The notes under the pieces were generated by a model. The model worked only from the letters and a program-made list of their open reading frames with translations, had not been told where the DNA came from and did not search any database. DNA of 63,854 bases, the filler included, from an uncultured Methanosarcinales archaeon (GTDB lineage Archaea; Nanobdellota; Nanobdellia; Woesearchaeales; CAYXTQ01): the NCBI GenBank assembly GCA_964608065.1. It is 4 parts of 4 records of this genome, joined end to end, with 100 filler letters (N's around TTAATTAATTAA, not from the genome) between each part and the next. Parts side by side here need not be neighbours in the genome. Positions count along the whole stretch, not along the records: positions 16,633 to 32,792 come from CAZSMA010000027.1; 3 more parts are not named here. One strand, written 5' to 3'. The position numbers and the translations under genes are program-made. Shown here one piece after another: positions 16,634 through 30,549 of the stretch; the stretch's first letter is position 1; each line of letters starts with the position of its first letter.

Positions 16634-17773
16634 TTAAATAAACCTAAGCCTCTGTTAAAAATAGCCAATAAGCCAATTCTACAGCACAACTTAGAGCAAA
16701 TCAAAGATATAGCAACTGAAATAATTCTTGTAGTTGGTTACAAAAATGAAATGATAAAAAAATTCATAAAAGAAAACTATCCAAATTTAAACATAAAATT
16801 CATTCATCAAGAACAGCAGTTTGGAACAGGACATGCTTTAATGCAGTGTGAGAAACAAATAAAAGACAGATTCATTTTAATGAGTGCTGACGATCTTTTG
16901 TTTAAAGAAGACATTAAAAAACTGACAAAACAAAAATATTCATTGCTTGTAAAACAAATAAAAAACCCAAAATCATTCGGAGTAATCAAAACAAAAGGAA
17001 AACTTATACAAAAAATAATAGAAAAACCATCTAACATTAAATCAGCATTAGTCAGCACTAGCTGCTATATTCTGGATAAAAACATATTCTATTACTTAAA
17101 ACAAATCAAAAAATCAAAAAGAAATGAATATGAGTTAACAGAAGCAATAAACCTGTTAGCAAAAAATAATAATATAAATTACATCAAATCTAACTGGATT
17201 CCAATAACCTATCCATGGGATTTAATCAATGCAAATGAAATTTTGTTAAAAAATATAAAAACACAAATCAAAGGAAAAATAGAAAGATATGTAACAGTTA
17301 AAGGAAACATACAATTAGGAAAAAACTCAGTAATAAAATCAGGAGTATATATTGAAGGCAATGTAATTATAGGGGAAAACTGCACAATAGGTCCAAACTG
17401 CTATCTAAGAGGTTCTACAACAATCGGAAACAACTCAAAAATAGGACAAGCAGTTGAAATTAAAAACTCAGTTATAGGAGACAACACAAAAATCCCTCAT
17501 CTAAGCTATTTTGGAGACTCAGTTATAGGAGACAATGTAAATATTGGTGCTGGAACTATCACAGCTAACTTAAGGCATGATAAATCCATTATAAAATCAA
17601 TGATAAAAGGAACTTTAATCAAAACAGGAAGAAATAAGATAGGAACAATCATTGGAGACAATGCAAAAATCGGAATCAAAAACACAATTTATCCTGGAAG
17701 AAAAATATATCCTAATGTAAAAACATTTCCAGCTTCAATAATAAAGGAGGATATTTTAGAATGTGCGGGATAA
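16634..17773 (+). CDS. glmU: Archaeal bifunctional sugar-1-phosphate nucleotidyltransferase/acetyltransferase (GlmU-type); its start lies at 63747
   Basis: Frame open from the contig edge (LNKPKPLLKIANKPIL); EYELT; hexapeptide repeats; HLSYFGDS, GAGTITANLRHD; upstream of glmS. Confidence 0.9.
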   Translation, partial: LNKPKPLLKIANKPILQHNLEQIKDIATEIILVVGYKNEMIKKFIKENYPNLNIKFIHQEQQFGTGHALMQCEKQIKDRFILMSADDLLFKEDIKKLTKQKYSLLVKQIKNPKSFGVIKTKGKLIQKIIEKPSNIKSALVSTSCYILDKNIFYYLKQIKKSKRNEYELTEAINLLAKNNNINYIKSNWIPITYPWDLINANEILLKNIKTQIKGKIERYVTVKGNIQLGKNSVIKSGVYIEGNVIIGENCTIGPNCYLRGSTTIGNNSKIGQAVEIKNSVIGDNTKIPHLSYFGDSVIGDNVNIGAGTITANLRHDKSIIKSMIKGTLIKTGRNKIGTIIGDNAKIGIKNTIYPGRKIYPNVKTFPASIIKEDILECAG

Positions 17774-19521
17774 TTGGCTACAAAGGAAACAAAAACGCTA
17801 ATGAAATAGTCATAAAAGGATTAAAAAGACTGGAATACAGAGGCTATGACTCATTTGGCATAGCTTCAAAAAACTCTACTTTAAAAATATTCAAAAAAGT
17901 CGGACAAATAGGAAAAATATCAATAGATGATCTAAAACTAAAAGAATCTAATATTGCAGTTGGACATACTCGTTGGGCAACTACAGGTGCTGTAACAGAA
18001 GAAAATGCACACCCTCATATTTCACAAGACAATAAAATAGCTGTTGTTCACAACGGAATTGTTGAAAACTATCAGCAAATAAAAGAATTTCTGATAAAAC
18101 AAGGATTAAAATTCAAAAGCCAGACAGACACAGAAGTAATTCCTCAACATATCTACTATCTTATGAAGAAAGGATTCAGCTTTGAGGAAGCAGTAAAAAA
18201 AACATTAAATAAATTAGAAGGATTTTTTGCTATAGTTGCAATACACCAGGATTCTGAAACAATAATTGGAGCCAGAAGAGGGTCACCTTTAGTCTTAGGA
18301 ATTAGCAAAGATGAATTCTTCTTAGCTTCAGATGTCCCAGCTTTCCTGGAATATACCAGAGACGTTATTTACTTAGATGATGATGAAATAGCAGTAATCA
18401 ATAACACTTATAACATATATAATTTAGAAAATAATACCCGGGTCAACAAACAAATCCATAGAATAAACTGGAATTTAGAACAAGCACAAAAAGAAAACTT
18501 CCCTCATTACATGCTAAAAGAAATAAACGAGCAAAAATTCACAGTAAAAAAAAGCATTGAACAACCACCAGAGTTAATAAACAAAGTAATCAATATGATC
18601 AAAGAAGCTTACGGAGTTTTCTTTGTAGGCTGTGGCACTTCCTATCATGCTTGTGTCACATCTTCCTACACTTTTGCACACATAGCAAAAAAACACGTTA
18701 ACACAGTCATAGCCTCAGAATTTAGAAACTATGAAAATTTCCTGACAGACAAATCTCTAATCATTGCAGTATCCCAATCAGGAGAAACAGCTGACTTACT
18801 TGATGCAGTTAAAGTTGCAAAACAACACAACTGCAAAATAATCTCAATATGCAATGTAATGGGTTCAACATTGACAAGATTAGCAGATGAAAGCATTATG
18901 ATGAACTCTGGGCCAGAAATATGTGTTCTAAGCACAAAAACATACACAGCACAATTAGCTATCCTGCTTATGTTAGCCTACGGAACTGCTGACAGATTAG
19001 ATAAAGCAAAAAAAAGAATAAGAGAAGCAAGCAACACAATCCCAAAAATTATAGATGATAACTTAATCAGATTAAAACAATTAGCAAATAAATTAAAAGA
19101 TAACAAATCATTCTTTTTATTAGGCCGTGATTTAGCTTACCCATCAGCTTTGGAAGGAGCTTTAAAGATAAAAGAAGTATCTTACATTCATGCAGAAGGA
19201 TTTGCAGGTGGAGAACTAAAGCACGGAACAATAGCTTTGATTGAAAAAAACACACCAGTCATATCTTTAGTTACAAAATGGACAAAATCCTTAATCTTAT
19301 CCAACACAATGGAAGTCAAATCCCGTGGAGCCTATATCATAGGGATAAACGAAGAAGACAATGAACTTTATGATTACTTTATTAAAGTTCCAGAACTAGG
19401 CAACGCAAATCCAATTGTCATGATAATCCCAATACAGATTTTAGCTTATTATCTGGCATTAGAACTAGGTCTGGATCCTGATCATCCAAGAAACCTTGCG
19501 AAAAGCGTGACAGTAAAATGA
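17761..19521 (+). CDS. glmS: Glutamine--fructose-6-phosphate transaminase (isomerizing)
   Basis: MCGIIG, LEYRGYDS, GHTRWAT, HNG, SQSGETAD, ELKHG, PRNLAKSVTV. Confidence 0.97.
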   Translation: MCGIIGYKGNKNANEIVIKGLKRLEYRGYDSFGIASKNSTLKIFKKVGQIGKISIDDLKLKESNIAVGHTRWATTGAVTEENAHPHISQDNKIAVVHNGIVENYQQIKEFLIKQGLKFKSQTDTEVIPQHIYYLMKKGFSFEEAVKKTLNKLEGFFAIVAIHQDSETIIGARRGSPLVLGISKDEFFLASDVPAFLEYTRDVIYLDDDEIAVINNTYNIYNLENNTRVNKQIHRINWNLEQAQKENFPHYMLKEINEQKFTVKKSIEQPPELINKVINMIKEAYGVFFVGCGTSYHACVTSSYTFAHIAKKHVNTVIASEFRNYENFLTDKSLIIAVSQSGETADLLDAVKVAKQHNCKIISICNVMGSTLTRLADESIMMNSGPEICVLSTKTYTAQLAILLMLAYGTADRLDKAKKRIREASNTIPKIIDDNLIRLKQLANKLKDNKSFFLLGRDLAYPSALEGALKIKEVSYIHAEGFAGGELKHGTIALIEKNTPVISLVTKWTKSLILSNTMEVKSRGAYIIGINEEDNELYDYFIKVPELGNANPIVMIIPIQILAYYLALELGLDPDHPRNLAKSVTVK

Positions 19522-20522
19522 AACAACTAACATCATTAGAATTACATCATTTAGTAAAAGAATTCCAGTTTTTAATAAATGGAAAAATAGATAAAATATA
19601 CCAGCCAGATAAAAAAACCTTCTTGCTACAGTTCTATGTCCCAAGCAAAGGAAAACAAATACTAAAGATTGTTCTGCCATCTTTCATTTTCCTCACAGAA
19701 CACAAACAACCAGCAGAAGAAGCAAGACAATACTCAATGTTTCTGAGAAAATACCTTAGCAATGCAAGATTAAGATCCATAAAACAATTAGAATCTGAAA
19801 GAATTTTAGAGTTTGAATTTCAAAAAGACGAAAAATATTACTTGATTATTGAACTGTTCAGCAAAGGCAATATTATACTTTGTGACAAAGACCACGTCAT
19901 AATCAACCCATTAGAAATACAAAAATGGAAAGACAGAACAATCAAAAAAGGAGAAAAATACCTCTATCCAAAACGCGATTATAATTTCCTTAAAATAACA
20001 CAGCCTCAATTAAAAGAATTCATTGAAAAAACAGATAAAGACAAAATTGTAACAGCTTTGGCATCAGACCTGGGCTTAGGAGGAATTCCTGCAGAAGAAA
20101 CATGCTCTATAGCAGATATAGACAAAAACACAGCTCCTAAAGAAGCAGACCAAAAAAAAATACTTAATGCATTAAGAAAACTATCAGACAAAAAACATGA
20201 AACAAACAGTAAATCAATCGAAGAATATCTACAAAAACTGCCAGAAAAACCAAAGACAAACCATGAAAAAAAAATAAATAAGATAAACAACATAATAGAG
20301 CAACAGGAAAAAAGCATCAAAAATATTGAAATAAAAATAAAAGAAAACAAAAAAAAAGCCGAATCCATTTACAATAACTATAAATTAATCAATGAAATAC
20401 TTACAGAGATAACTAAAGCGAGAGAAAAATATTCCTGGAAAGAAATAAAACACAAGCTTAAAGGACATAAAATCATAAAGCAGATAGACGAAAAAGAAAA
20501 GAAAATCATAATAGAAATATAA
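19518..20522 (+). CDS. Rqc2/NFACT (FbpA-like) N-terminal half: NFACT-N, HhH and coiled coil only
   Basis: FLRKYLSNARL, ERIL, LIIELFSKGNIIL, DRTIK.GEKY.YP, GLGG..AEE; ends at 334 aa. Confidence 0.85.
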   Translation: MKQLTSLELHHLVKEFQFLINGKIDKIYQPDKKTFLLQFYVPSKGKQILKIVLPSFIFLTEHKQPAEEARQYSMFLRKYLSNARLRSIKQLESERILEFEFQKDEKYYLIIELFSKGNIILCDKDHVIINPLEIQKWKDRTIKKGEKYLYPKRDYNFLKITQPQLKEFIEKTDKDKIVTALASDLGLGGIPAEETCSIADIDKNTAPKEADQKKILNALRKLSDKKHETNSKSIEEYLQKLPEKPKTNHEKKINKINNIIEQQEKSIKNIEIKIKENKKKAESIYNNYKLINEILTEITKAREKYSWKEIKHKLKGHKIIKQIDEKEKKIIIEI

Positions 20523-20526
20523 TAAT

Positions 20527-20540
20527 AAAAAAAAAAAAAA
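20527..20540 (-). terminator. Oligo-T terminator downstream of the 5S rRNA
   Basis: Long A-run on + (T-run on -) next to the 5S 3' end. Confidence 0.6.
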
Positions 20541-20542
20541 GA

Positions 20543-20660
<118 letters not shown>

Positions 20661-20770
20661 CAGTCTAGAATTCACTAACCCTTTAAAAAGCTTACTATTT
20701 TAAACAATCAAACAAAAAAAAAGTAACATTTTTAAATACTTATATAACATATAGCCAAAGGGGGGTTAAA

Positions 20771-23724
<2,954 letters not shown>

Positions 23725-23734
23725 TCTTAAAAAA

Positions 23735-24883
23735 ATGAAAATCTGCATCTTAACAGGGTCATATCCTGCATATAAAGGCCATTTACAAAGCCCTTTTATA
23801 TACTCTTTAACTAAAGCGTTAGCTAAACATATTGATATTGAAGTAGTTTGTCCATTCTATAAAGAAAGCAAAAATAAATTTGAAGTTCTGGATAACATAA
23901 AAGTCAACAGATTTCAGTATTTCTGGCCAGTAAGCCTTCAAAAACTTACAACAAAAGGAGGAATTCCAACTAATCTAAGGAAATCGTGGCTTGCACGCTT
24001 CCAACTACCTTTCTTAATCTCAAGCATGTTCTTTAAAGGATTAAAAATAAGCTCAAAATGTGATATTATTCATACACAATGGTCCTTAGCAGGCCTAGTT
24101 GGGGTCCTAATCAAAAAAATAATAAATAAAAAAATAATAGTAACAACACGTGGCTCCGATGTGAAAATGGCAATAAAGAACATATTCTTCAGATCCATAA
24201 TAAAGTTTGTATTCAAAAACGCAGACAAGATAACAACAGTAAGCGAAGACTTAAAAAAAGACATAATCAAATTAGGAATCAATGAAAATAAAGTTGTAAT
24301 GATACCTAACGGTGTTGATTCAACTATATTTAAAAAACAAAAAAAAAATAAGCTGAATATTCCAGACAAAAAAACCATCTTATTTGTAGGCCATCTAATC
24401 AAAGAAAAAGGTTTGATTTACCTGATCGATGCAATGAAAAACATCCAGGACGCACAACTACTCTTGATTGGAGAAGGAAACGATGAACAATTGTTAAAGA
24501 ACAGGTCTCCAAAAAACGTATTATTTCTTGGAACAAAATCTCAAAAAGAGCTTGCTGATTACTATAATGCAGCAGACATATTCATTTTACCAAGCTTGTC
24601 TGAAGGACGTCCTAACACTGTTTTGGAAGCAATGGCTTCTCAAACACCCATTATAGCAACATCTGTAGGAGGAATCCCTGAATTAATTATCAACAACAAG
24701 ACAGGCCTTTTGATTAAACCCAAAAGCACACAAGATATAATAAACAGCATAACCAAATTATTAAATAATGATAAATTAAGAGAACAATTAGCAACAAATG
24801 CAGGAAAATTCATTATAAACAACAAACTGACATGGGAACTATGCGCTGAGAATTATATAAAAGAATACAAAAACTTAAAATGA
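23735..24883 (+). CDS. Glycosyltransferase family 4
   Basis: IPNGVD, FVG...EKG, EGRPNTVLEAM. Confidence 0.9.
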   Translation: MKICILTGSYPAYKGHLQSPFIYSLTKALAKHIDIEVVCPFYKESKNKFEVLDNIKVNRFQYFWPVSLQKLTTKGGIPTNLRKSWLARFQLPFLISSMFFKGLKISSKCDIIHTQWSLAGLVGVLIKKIINKKIIVTTRGSDVKMAIKNIFFRSIIKFVFKNADKITTVSEDLKKDIIKLGINENKVVMIPNGVDSTIFKKQKKNKLNIPDKKTILFVGHLIKEKGLIYLIDAMKNIQDAQLLLIGEGNDEQLLKNRSPKNVLFLGTKSQKELADYYNAADIFILPSLSEGRPNTVLEAMASQTPIIATSVGGIPELIINNKTGLLIKPKSTQDIINSITKLLNNDKLREQLATNAGKFIINNKLTWELCAENYIKEYKNLK

Positions 24884-25908
24884 AAATAAAATCAATACTA
24901 TACAAAATTTTCAATAAGAAATTAACAGAAAAAATAATAGACATATTCTCACCAACATTTTTAACAGCTACTAACTTAAAAAAAAGAAATGGAAATAAAA
25001 AACAATCATTCTATGTCGTAATAACAGTCGATACAGAGCCAGGTCACATAAAAAAAGACTTAACAAGAGCTTGGTTGACACCTTCAGATTTCCAAGGATA
25101 TTATTCTGGAATAAAATATTTAAGAGAAACAGCATCCAAATATGGAGCTAAACTAACCTTATTGTTATGCACACAATGCTTTACAGCACAAGGTCATGAA
25201 TTAAAAAAAACAATAGACCAGTTAAAAAGATCATATAAATCAGGTCATGAAATTGGCTTGCATCTACACCCAAGAAAGGACTTAGCATTAAAAAACGAAT
25301 TAAAAGAAGAGCTAAAAAAAACAGCCTCTAAATTCTACAGCGAAGAAACAATAACAAATATGCTTAATACTCAAAGAAATTTAATTAAAACACACCTTGG
25401 AGAAGAAATAGAAAAAGATATCATCAGTTTCAGATGGGGTAACTGGGCTTTAAGTGATAATGCAGTAAATTCATTAGAAAAAACAAACTTTAAAATAGAC
25501 TCAAGCGCAGTTCCAGGATTAAAAGGCCATTCTAAAGATTCCAGAATATATGATTGGACCCATATCAAAACACACAACCCCTTTTTCCTTAAACATAATG
25601 AACAAACTTCTAATATTTTAGAAATACCGATAGCAACCTTCAAATTTATGGGAAAGAAATTTAGAGCAGACCCTTTCCTTAACAGCAGCATGCTTATAAA
25701 CTCATTAAATTACTATTACAACAATGCAGACAGAAGTGAAAAACCATTCATTTTTGTTGTTATTACACACTCAAGCGAAGCTATTTATCAAACTGGAAAA
25801 AAAAGCTATGTTGTTGACAATCTGGATAAATTCTTAAAACATTGCAGCGAACTTAAAGATATAGAATTTGTAACATTAAAAGAAGCATATGATAAATACA
25901 TCAACTAG
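24880..25908 (+). CDS. Polysaccharide deacetylase family (WalW-like)
   Basis: ITVDTE, HEIGLHLHP, FRWG, IDSS, LEIP. Confidence 0.75.
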   Translation: MKIKSILYKIFNKKLTEKIIDIFSPTFLTATNLKKRNGNKKQSFYVVITVDTEPGHIKKDLTRAWLTPSDFQGYYSGIKYLRETASKYGAKLTLLLCTQCFTAQGHELKKTIDQLKRSYKSGHEIGLHLHPRKDLALKNELKEELKKTASKFYSEETITNMLNTQRNLIKTHLGEEIEKDIISFRWGNWALSDNAVNSLEKTNFKIDSSAVPGLKGHSKDSRIYDWTHIKTHNPFFLKHNEQTSNILEIPIATFKFMGKKFRADPFLNSSMLINSLNYYYNNADRSEKPFIFVVITHSSEAIYQTGKKSYVVDNLDKFLKHCSELKDIEFVTLKEAYDKYIN

Positions 25909-26819
25909 ACATTCTCTTTCTTAGTTGTCAAAATAAAAAACAAGCCAGTAGTATACTTGACAAACAAACTAATTACATATCTTGCACCAATTACAGGCAA
26001 AGCAACCCCTATGATACTGTATAAATAAGCACTTACACCCTGCGTTATCCCCAACCCATTTATTGTGATAGGTATCAAAGAAATAATAACTTCCATAGCC
26101 CATATGATCAGAATATAAAATATGGGAATAATGTTTCCAAAAGATAAGAATATCAAAAAAATACCAAAACTATCTAATATTGTTCTGGTAATAGTCACAA
26201 TTAAATTAATTAATAAAGCACTTCTATGCTTTTTAAAATAGGAAAAAAAATTCTTTGAAAAACCCTTGAAGTGAACAGCATATTTCCTTAATACGAACTT
26301 TTCTATAAATCCTCTTAATTTATCAGATAACATAAATATAAAAATTAATACAAACAATAAAACCAAAGCCCCAACCAATAATAAAGTCTGGGACTTTCCA
26401 AAAAACATCATAAATCCAATTACTGATAATATTGAAACAACAAAAACACTCACTATTTTATCCATCAACCATACTGATCCGCCTTTACCTATGTTTATAT
26501 CATGTTTCTTAAGAAAATGCAGTAAAGATAACTCCCCTATCTTTCCAGGAAAAAACAAGCCAATAGCCCAGCTTGCAGAAATATATCTGTAAAGCATTGA
26601 AAAAGGAACTTTTTTGTTCAAAGGTTTTAACAAAACAAATATTCCTATAGTAGACAACAGAAGCGAAACAAAAATAAAAAAGAAAATAGGTATCAGATAC
26701 AAAAAATTCATTATCTTTAATTTATCAACTATATCAGTAATGCCTAATTTATAGAATAAAACAACTAAAATAAATACACCCAGAACTACTTTTATAATAT
26801 TAAACAATTTCTTATTCAT
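25905..26819 (-). CDS. Flippase-like membrane protein (lysylphosphatidylglycerol synthase TM / UPF0104)
   Basis: Multiple TM helices, PGKIGE, PITINGLG. Confidence 0.85.
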   Translation of the reverse strand: MNKKLFNIIKVVLGVFILVVLFYKLGITDIVDKLKIMNFLYLIPIFFFIFVSLLLSTIGIFVLLKPLNKKVPFSMLYRYISASWAIGLFFPGKIGELSLLHFLKKHDINIGKGGSVWLMDKIVSVFVVSILSVIGFMMFFGKSQTLLLVGALVLLFVLIFIFMLSDKLRGFIEKFVLRKYAVHFKGFSKNFFSYFKKHRSALLINLIVTITRTILDSFGIFLIFLSFGNIIPIFYILIIWAMEVIISLIPITINGLGITQGVSAYLYSIIGVALPVIGARYVISLFVKYTTGLFFILTTKKENV

Positions 26820-27738
26820 TTTGTAAGAACTCTACAGTCTTTTTCAGACCTTGTTCAAAATCAAACTCAGCTTTATAACTAAGAAGTTTCTCAGCTTTGC
26901 TTATATCAGCTAATGAATGCTTTACATCACCTTTTCTTGGTTCAGCAAATTCAACATCAATATTTTTACCTAAAATCTCATTTATTTTCTTGACTAATTC
27001 TAATAAATCTATTTTTTTTCCACATGCAATATTAAAAACATCTCCAGCAACATTAGAATTGCATGCAAGCAGATTAGCATTAACAACATTTCCAACATAA
27101 CTGAAATCCCTACTCTGCTTTCCATCACCATAAATAACAGGTTTTTTATCATTTAATATAGACTTAATAAATTTAGGAATAACAGCAGCATATTCAGAGT
27201 CAGGATTCTGATTAGGACCAAATACATTAAAATACCTCAAACTTACAGTCTTCAGACCATAAAGTTCATAAAACAATCTGCAATACTGCTCTCCTGCTAA
27301 TTTTGTCAGAGCATAAGGACTTATAGGTATTGTTTCCATCCTTTCATTTTTAGGCAATTCTTCATTAGCACCATAAACAGAACTGCTTGAAGCATAAACT
27401 ACTTTCTTTACATCACTATCTCTAACAGCCATCAACAATTTCAAAGTTCCTTCAACATTAGCTTTATAGCTTTTCAAAGGATTTTCAACACTTCTTTGTA
27501 CAGAAGGAACAGCAGCCTGATGCAAAACAAAATCTACATCTTTCAAACTTTTCTTCAAAAGCTCTAAATCACAAATATCCCCATTAATAAACTCAATTTT
27601 ATCTTTAACAGATTTTAGATTATCAATATTACCAGTAGCTAAATTATCTACTACTTTTACATTATGTCCTTGTTTTACAAGCTCTATAACTATATTAGAA
27701 CCAATAAAACCAGCACCGCCTGTAACTAAAAAATTCAT
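26812..27738 (-). CDS. NDP-sugar 4-epimerase (WbpP-like SDR)
   Basis: [48 protein letters not shown]. Confidence 0.88.
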   Translation of the reverse strand: MNFLVTGGAGFIGSNIVIELVKQGHNVKVVDNLATGNIDNLKSVKDKIEFINGDICDLELLKKSLKDVDFVLHQAAVPSVQRSVENPLKSYKANVEGTLKLLMAVRDSDVKKVVYASSSSVYGANEELPKNERMETIPISPYALTKLAGEQYCRLFYELYGLKTVSLRYFNVFGPNQNPDSEYAAVIPKFIKSILNDKKPVIYGDGKQSRDFSYVGNVVNANLLACNSNVAGDVFNIACGKKIDLLELVKKINEILGKNIDVEFAEPRKGDVKHSLADISKAEKLLSYKAEFDFEQGLKKTVEFLQNE

Positions 27739-27787
27739 TTGTTAAAATTCCTCCGAATTTTAACCTTAAAAATATGTAGTATTTTCA
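27739..27787. repeat. Double-hairpin intergenic element (REP-like), copy B
   Basis: gttaaaattc-ctcc-gaattttaac (perfect 10-bp stem) plus aaaatat-gta-gtatttt; matches 3110-3160. Confidence 0.75.
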
Positions 27788-29218
27788 TTGTAATTTTTTT
27801 ATATGTTTCCCATATTTAAAATAATATGATAAAGCCTGAAAAAACTGTCTAGGACTTTTCAACAAACACCAGTAATAATACAATATTATCTTGATTAAAT
27901 ATCTTTTCCTCCAGAATCTTACAGGATTAAAAAAATAACTCAACAACAACATCTTATACGTCTTACTTAGGCTCTGTATTGAATCATAAATCTCATCTGT
28001 AGTCATTGTTGGCAGCTTTAAATGACCAGCATCAAACGCCTTATAACCACAGATATTATCTGATGCTAACATATCATGTTCTTTACAATATTCATAAAGT
28101 TCTGTACCTGGTGTTGGTGTTGTTGCACTTAGATAAATAAAAGCAGGCTGTGCTTTCTTAATCAATTTCCTTGTTTCCTCTATTGTTTCCTTTGTCTCAG
28201 TAGGTGTTCCAACCATTAGATTAGCTCTTCCAGCAATCCCAACTTTATCGCATATCTTCAAAGCATTGTAAATCTGTTCAACCCTTACACCTTTTTTCAT
28301 AAAATCCAGCATCTTTTGGCTTCCAGATTCAACACCTAGGCTTAAATGTATAAACCCTGCTTTCTTCATCTTCCTCATTGTCTCTAAATCAACAGTATCA
28401 ACCCTATTAGGACTTATTATCTTGACCTTAATCTTCCTCCTGATAATCTCATCGCAGAGATTCCTCACCCAATATTTATTGACTAAAGGCTCATCATTGC
28501 CTAGATTTATTCCTTTAACCTTATACTTCTTAATCAAATACTCCATTTCATCAACAACATTTTTGTAATCTCTTTGCCTTATCTTTAATCCAAACATCTT
28601 ACGAAGAACAGGCTGGCAATAGATACAGTTTCCAAAACAACCTCTTGAAGCTTCAATGTCAGTAGCAGGATAAGGCAAAGGCATTGTCGGTTTTGTACCC
28701 AAATAAACCTTCATTGGTAACAAGTCACGAGCAGGCAAGGGTCTTTTATTAATATCAATAAATGGGCTAGGAGCATTCTTCTTTATATTTCCATCTTCCC
28801 TGTATATTATCCCTAAAATATCTTTTAATTTCTTGCCTTTTGCCAGCTCTAAAAAACTTTCCTCACCTTCACCATAAGCAACAATATCAATATTATTATC
28901 TTTCAGAAGCTCTTCCATCATTATGGAAGCATGAGGTCCTCCAAAAACAACCTTAGCTTCAGATAAAACCTCTTTAGTTGCTTTGGCATAATTAAAAGCA
29001 TTTTCAACTAAAAAACTGCTTAAACTGATTCCAACAATATCTGGATTTATCCTTAATAAATCTCTTTTATAACCTTCCCAGCTTTTATACAAAGCACCCT
29101 CTCTTAGAACAACCTCTATATTATTATCTCTTAAAACTGCAGCAATATAAGCTATACCTAAAGGCACCCTATAACTTACTTCCTGGTTAAACCTTGCATA
29201 TATTAATAAAACGTTCAT
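27785..29218 (-). CDS. B12-binding radical SAM protein
   Basis: PLGIAYIAA, GGPHAS, GEGE, SRGCFGNCIYC, GVESGS, P.PGTEL. Confidence 0.9.
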   Translation of the reverse strand: MNVLLIYARFNQEVSYRVPLGIAYIAAVLRDNNIEVVLREGALYKSWEGYKRDLLRINPDIVGISLSSFLVENAFNYAKATKEVLSEAKVVFGGPHASIMMEELLKDNNIDIVAYGEGEESFLELAKGKKLKDILGIIYREDGNIKKNAPSPFIDINKRPLPARDLLPMKVYLGTKPTMPLPYPATDIEASRGCFGNCIYCQPVLRKMFGLKIRQRDYKNVVDEMEYLIKKYKVKGINLGNDEPLVNKYWVRNLCDEIIRRKIKVKIISPNRVDTVDLETMRKMKKAGFIHLSLGVESGSQKMLDFMKKGVRVEQIYNALKICDKVGIAGRANLMVGTPTETKETIEETRKLIKKAQPAFIYLSATTPTPGTELYEYCKEHDMLASDNICGYKAFDAGHLKLPTMTTDEIYDSIQSLSKTYKMLLLSYFFNPVRFWRKRYLIKIILYYYWCLLKSPRQFFQALSYYFKYGKHIKKLQ

Positions 29219-29328
29219 ATAATCCCCCTTAACTGCTAAATCTGAATAATTATATTTAAAACTTACTATGTTTTTATTGTTAAATACATAAATTATATAT
29301 ACAATCCTTTATTCATAGTTGTTGTTAA

Positions 29329-30540
29329 ATGTTTAAAAAAAAATTTAAAAAAAAAGAAATTAAGAAAAATTTAATATTATTAATTATTTCCATAATATCT
29401 ACAATTATATTAATAGAAATATCCCTCAGAATAGTTTCCCCACAGAAATTGTATGATGAATGTTTGGACCCTTTTCATCCTAACGGAAATGGCGTTGATA
29501 TTGTGTTATCAGATTATGCAGCATGGGTTAATAAACCAAATTACACAAGATGTATGTACCAACCAGACACAAATAAAAAAGTATACCTCAAATACAATTC
29601 AAAAGGATTAAGACTTGATAAAGAAATTAATTACACAAAAAACAAAAACAAAAAAAGAATAATCCTCCTAGGAGATTCCTTTGTAAATGGAAACGGTCTT
29701 GACCAGCATGAAACAATAGCCTATAAGCTACAAGAAAAACTTGGTAGTTCATGGGAGGTATTGCTTCTATCATCAGACGGTTATGGTACAGATCTTGAAT
29801 ACATTCTTTTTAAAGAAGAAGGACTAAAATATGAACCAGATATAGTTATTTTATTTTTTTACCCTAATGATTTCTCTGATTCTACTTCTTGGGAAGGTCG
29901 TGGAATAAAAAAACCAAGATTTGGTTTAAATAGAGATAAAATGACTCTTGACTTGGTATACCCTGATAAATCTTTCAAAATAAACTACACTACTACCTCT
30001 AGTTTTAATAAAAAACCAATATCAAAATTTCTTTTAAGCCATTCAAACCTTTACTCATTATTCTATTTTAATAAAGATAAACTTAATTTAAAAAAAGAAA
30101 AGAAAAAAATAGGCCCTTTAGTAGATACAACAATCCTCTCAGTCCTACACAATTATAACTATACTGGAACAGACATGAACTTTGCCTTGGGCGTTGTCTT
30201 AGTTCTATTCACCAATTTTAAAGAACTTTCTGTTAAGAATAATTTTGAATTTATTGTTGTTAATATCCCAAGCAAACTTAATGTTAATGAAAAATATCAG
30301 AAAAAGCTTATAAGAGAATACCCTATAGAACAACATATATGTTGTGAATTTAACAAAGTAAATAAATTTTTTAGTGCAGAGCTTCCATATTATGATATAA
30401 CATACTTAGATTTATACCACATTGCCAAAAACAACTTCAATGATTTTTACTTTAAATCTGACGGTCATTGGTCACCTACTGGAGTTGAAATGACCTCTGA
30501 TTATATATATAATCACTTAGCTGAAGAAAATTTAATTTAA
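29329..30540 (+). CDS. Membrane-anchored SGNH/GDSL hydrolase (possible glycan O-acyltransferase or esterase)
   Basis: N-terminal TM; LLGDSF, GYG, PND, DGHW. Confidence 0.8.
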   Translation: MFKKKFKKKEIKKNLILLIISIISTIILIEISLRIVSPQKLYDECLDPFHPNGNGVDIVLSDYAAWVNKPNYTRCMYQPDTNKKVYLKYNSKGLRLDKEINYTKNKNKKRIILLGDSFVNGNGLDQHETIAYKLQEKLGSSWEVLLLSSDGYGTDLEYILFKEEGLKYEPDIVILFFYPNDFSDSTSWEGRGIKKPRFGLNRDKMTLDLVYPDKSFKINYTTTSSFNKKPISKFLLSHSNLYSLFYFNKDKLNLKKEKKKIGPLVDTTILSVLHNYNYTGTDMNFALGVVLVLFTNFKELSVKNNFEFIVVNIPSKLNVNEKYQKKLIREYPIEQHICCEFNKVNKFFSAELPYYDITYLDLYHIAKNNFNDFYFKSDGHWSPTGVEMTSDYIYNHLAEENLI

Positions 30541-30549
30541 TTATTATCA

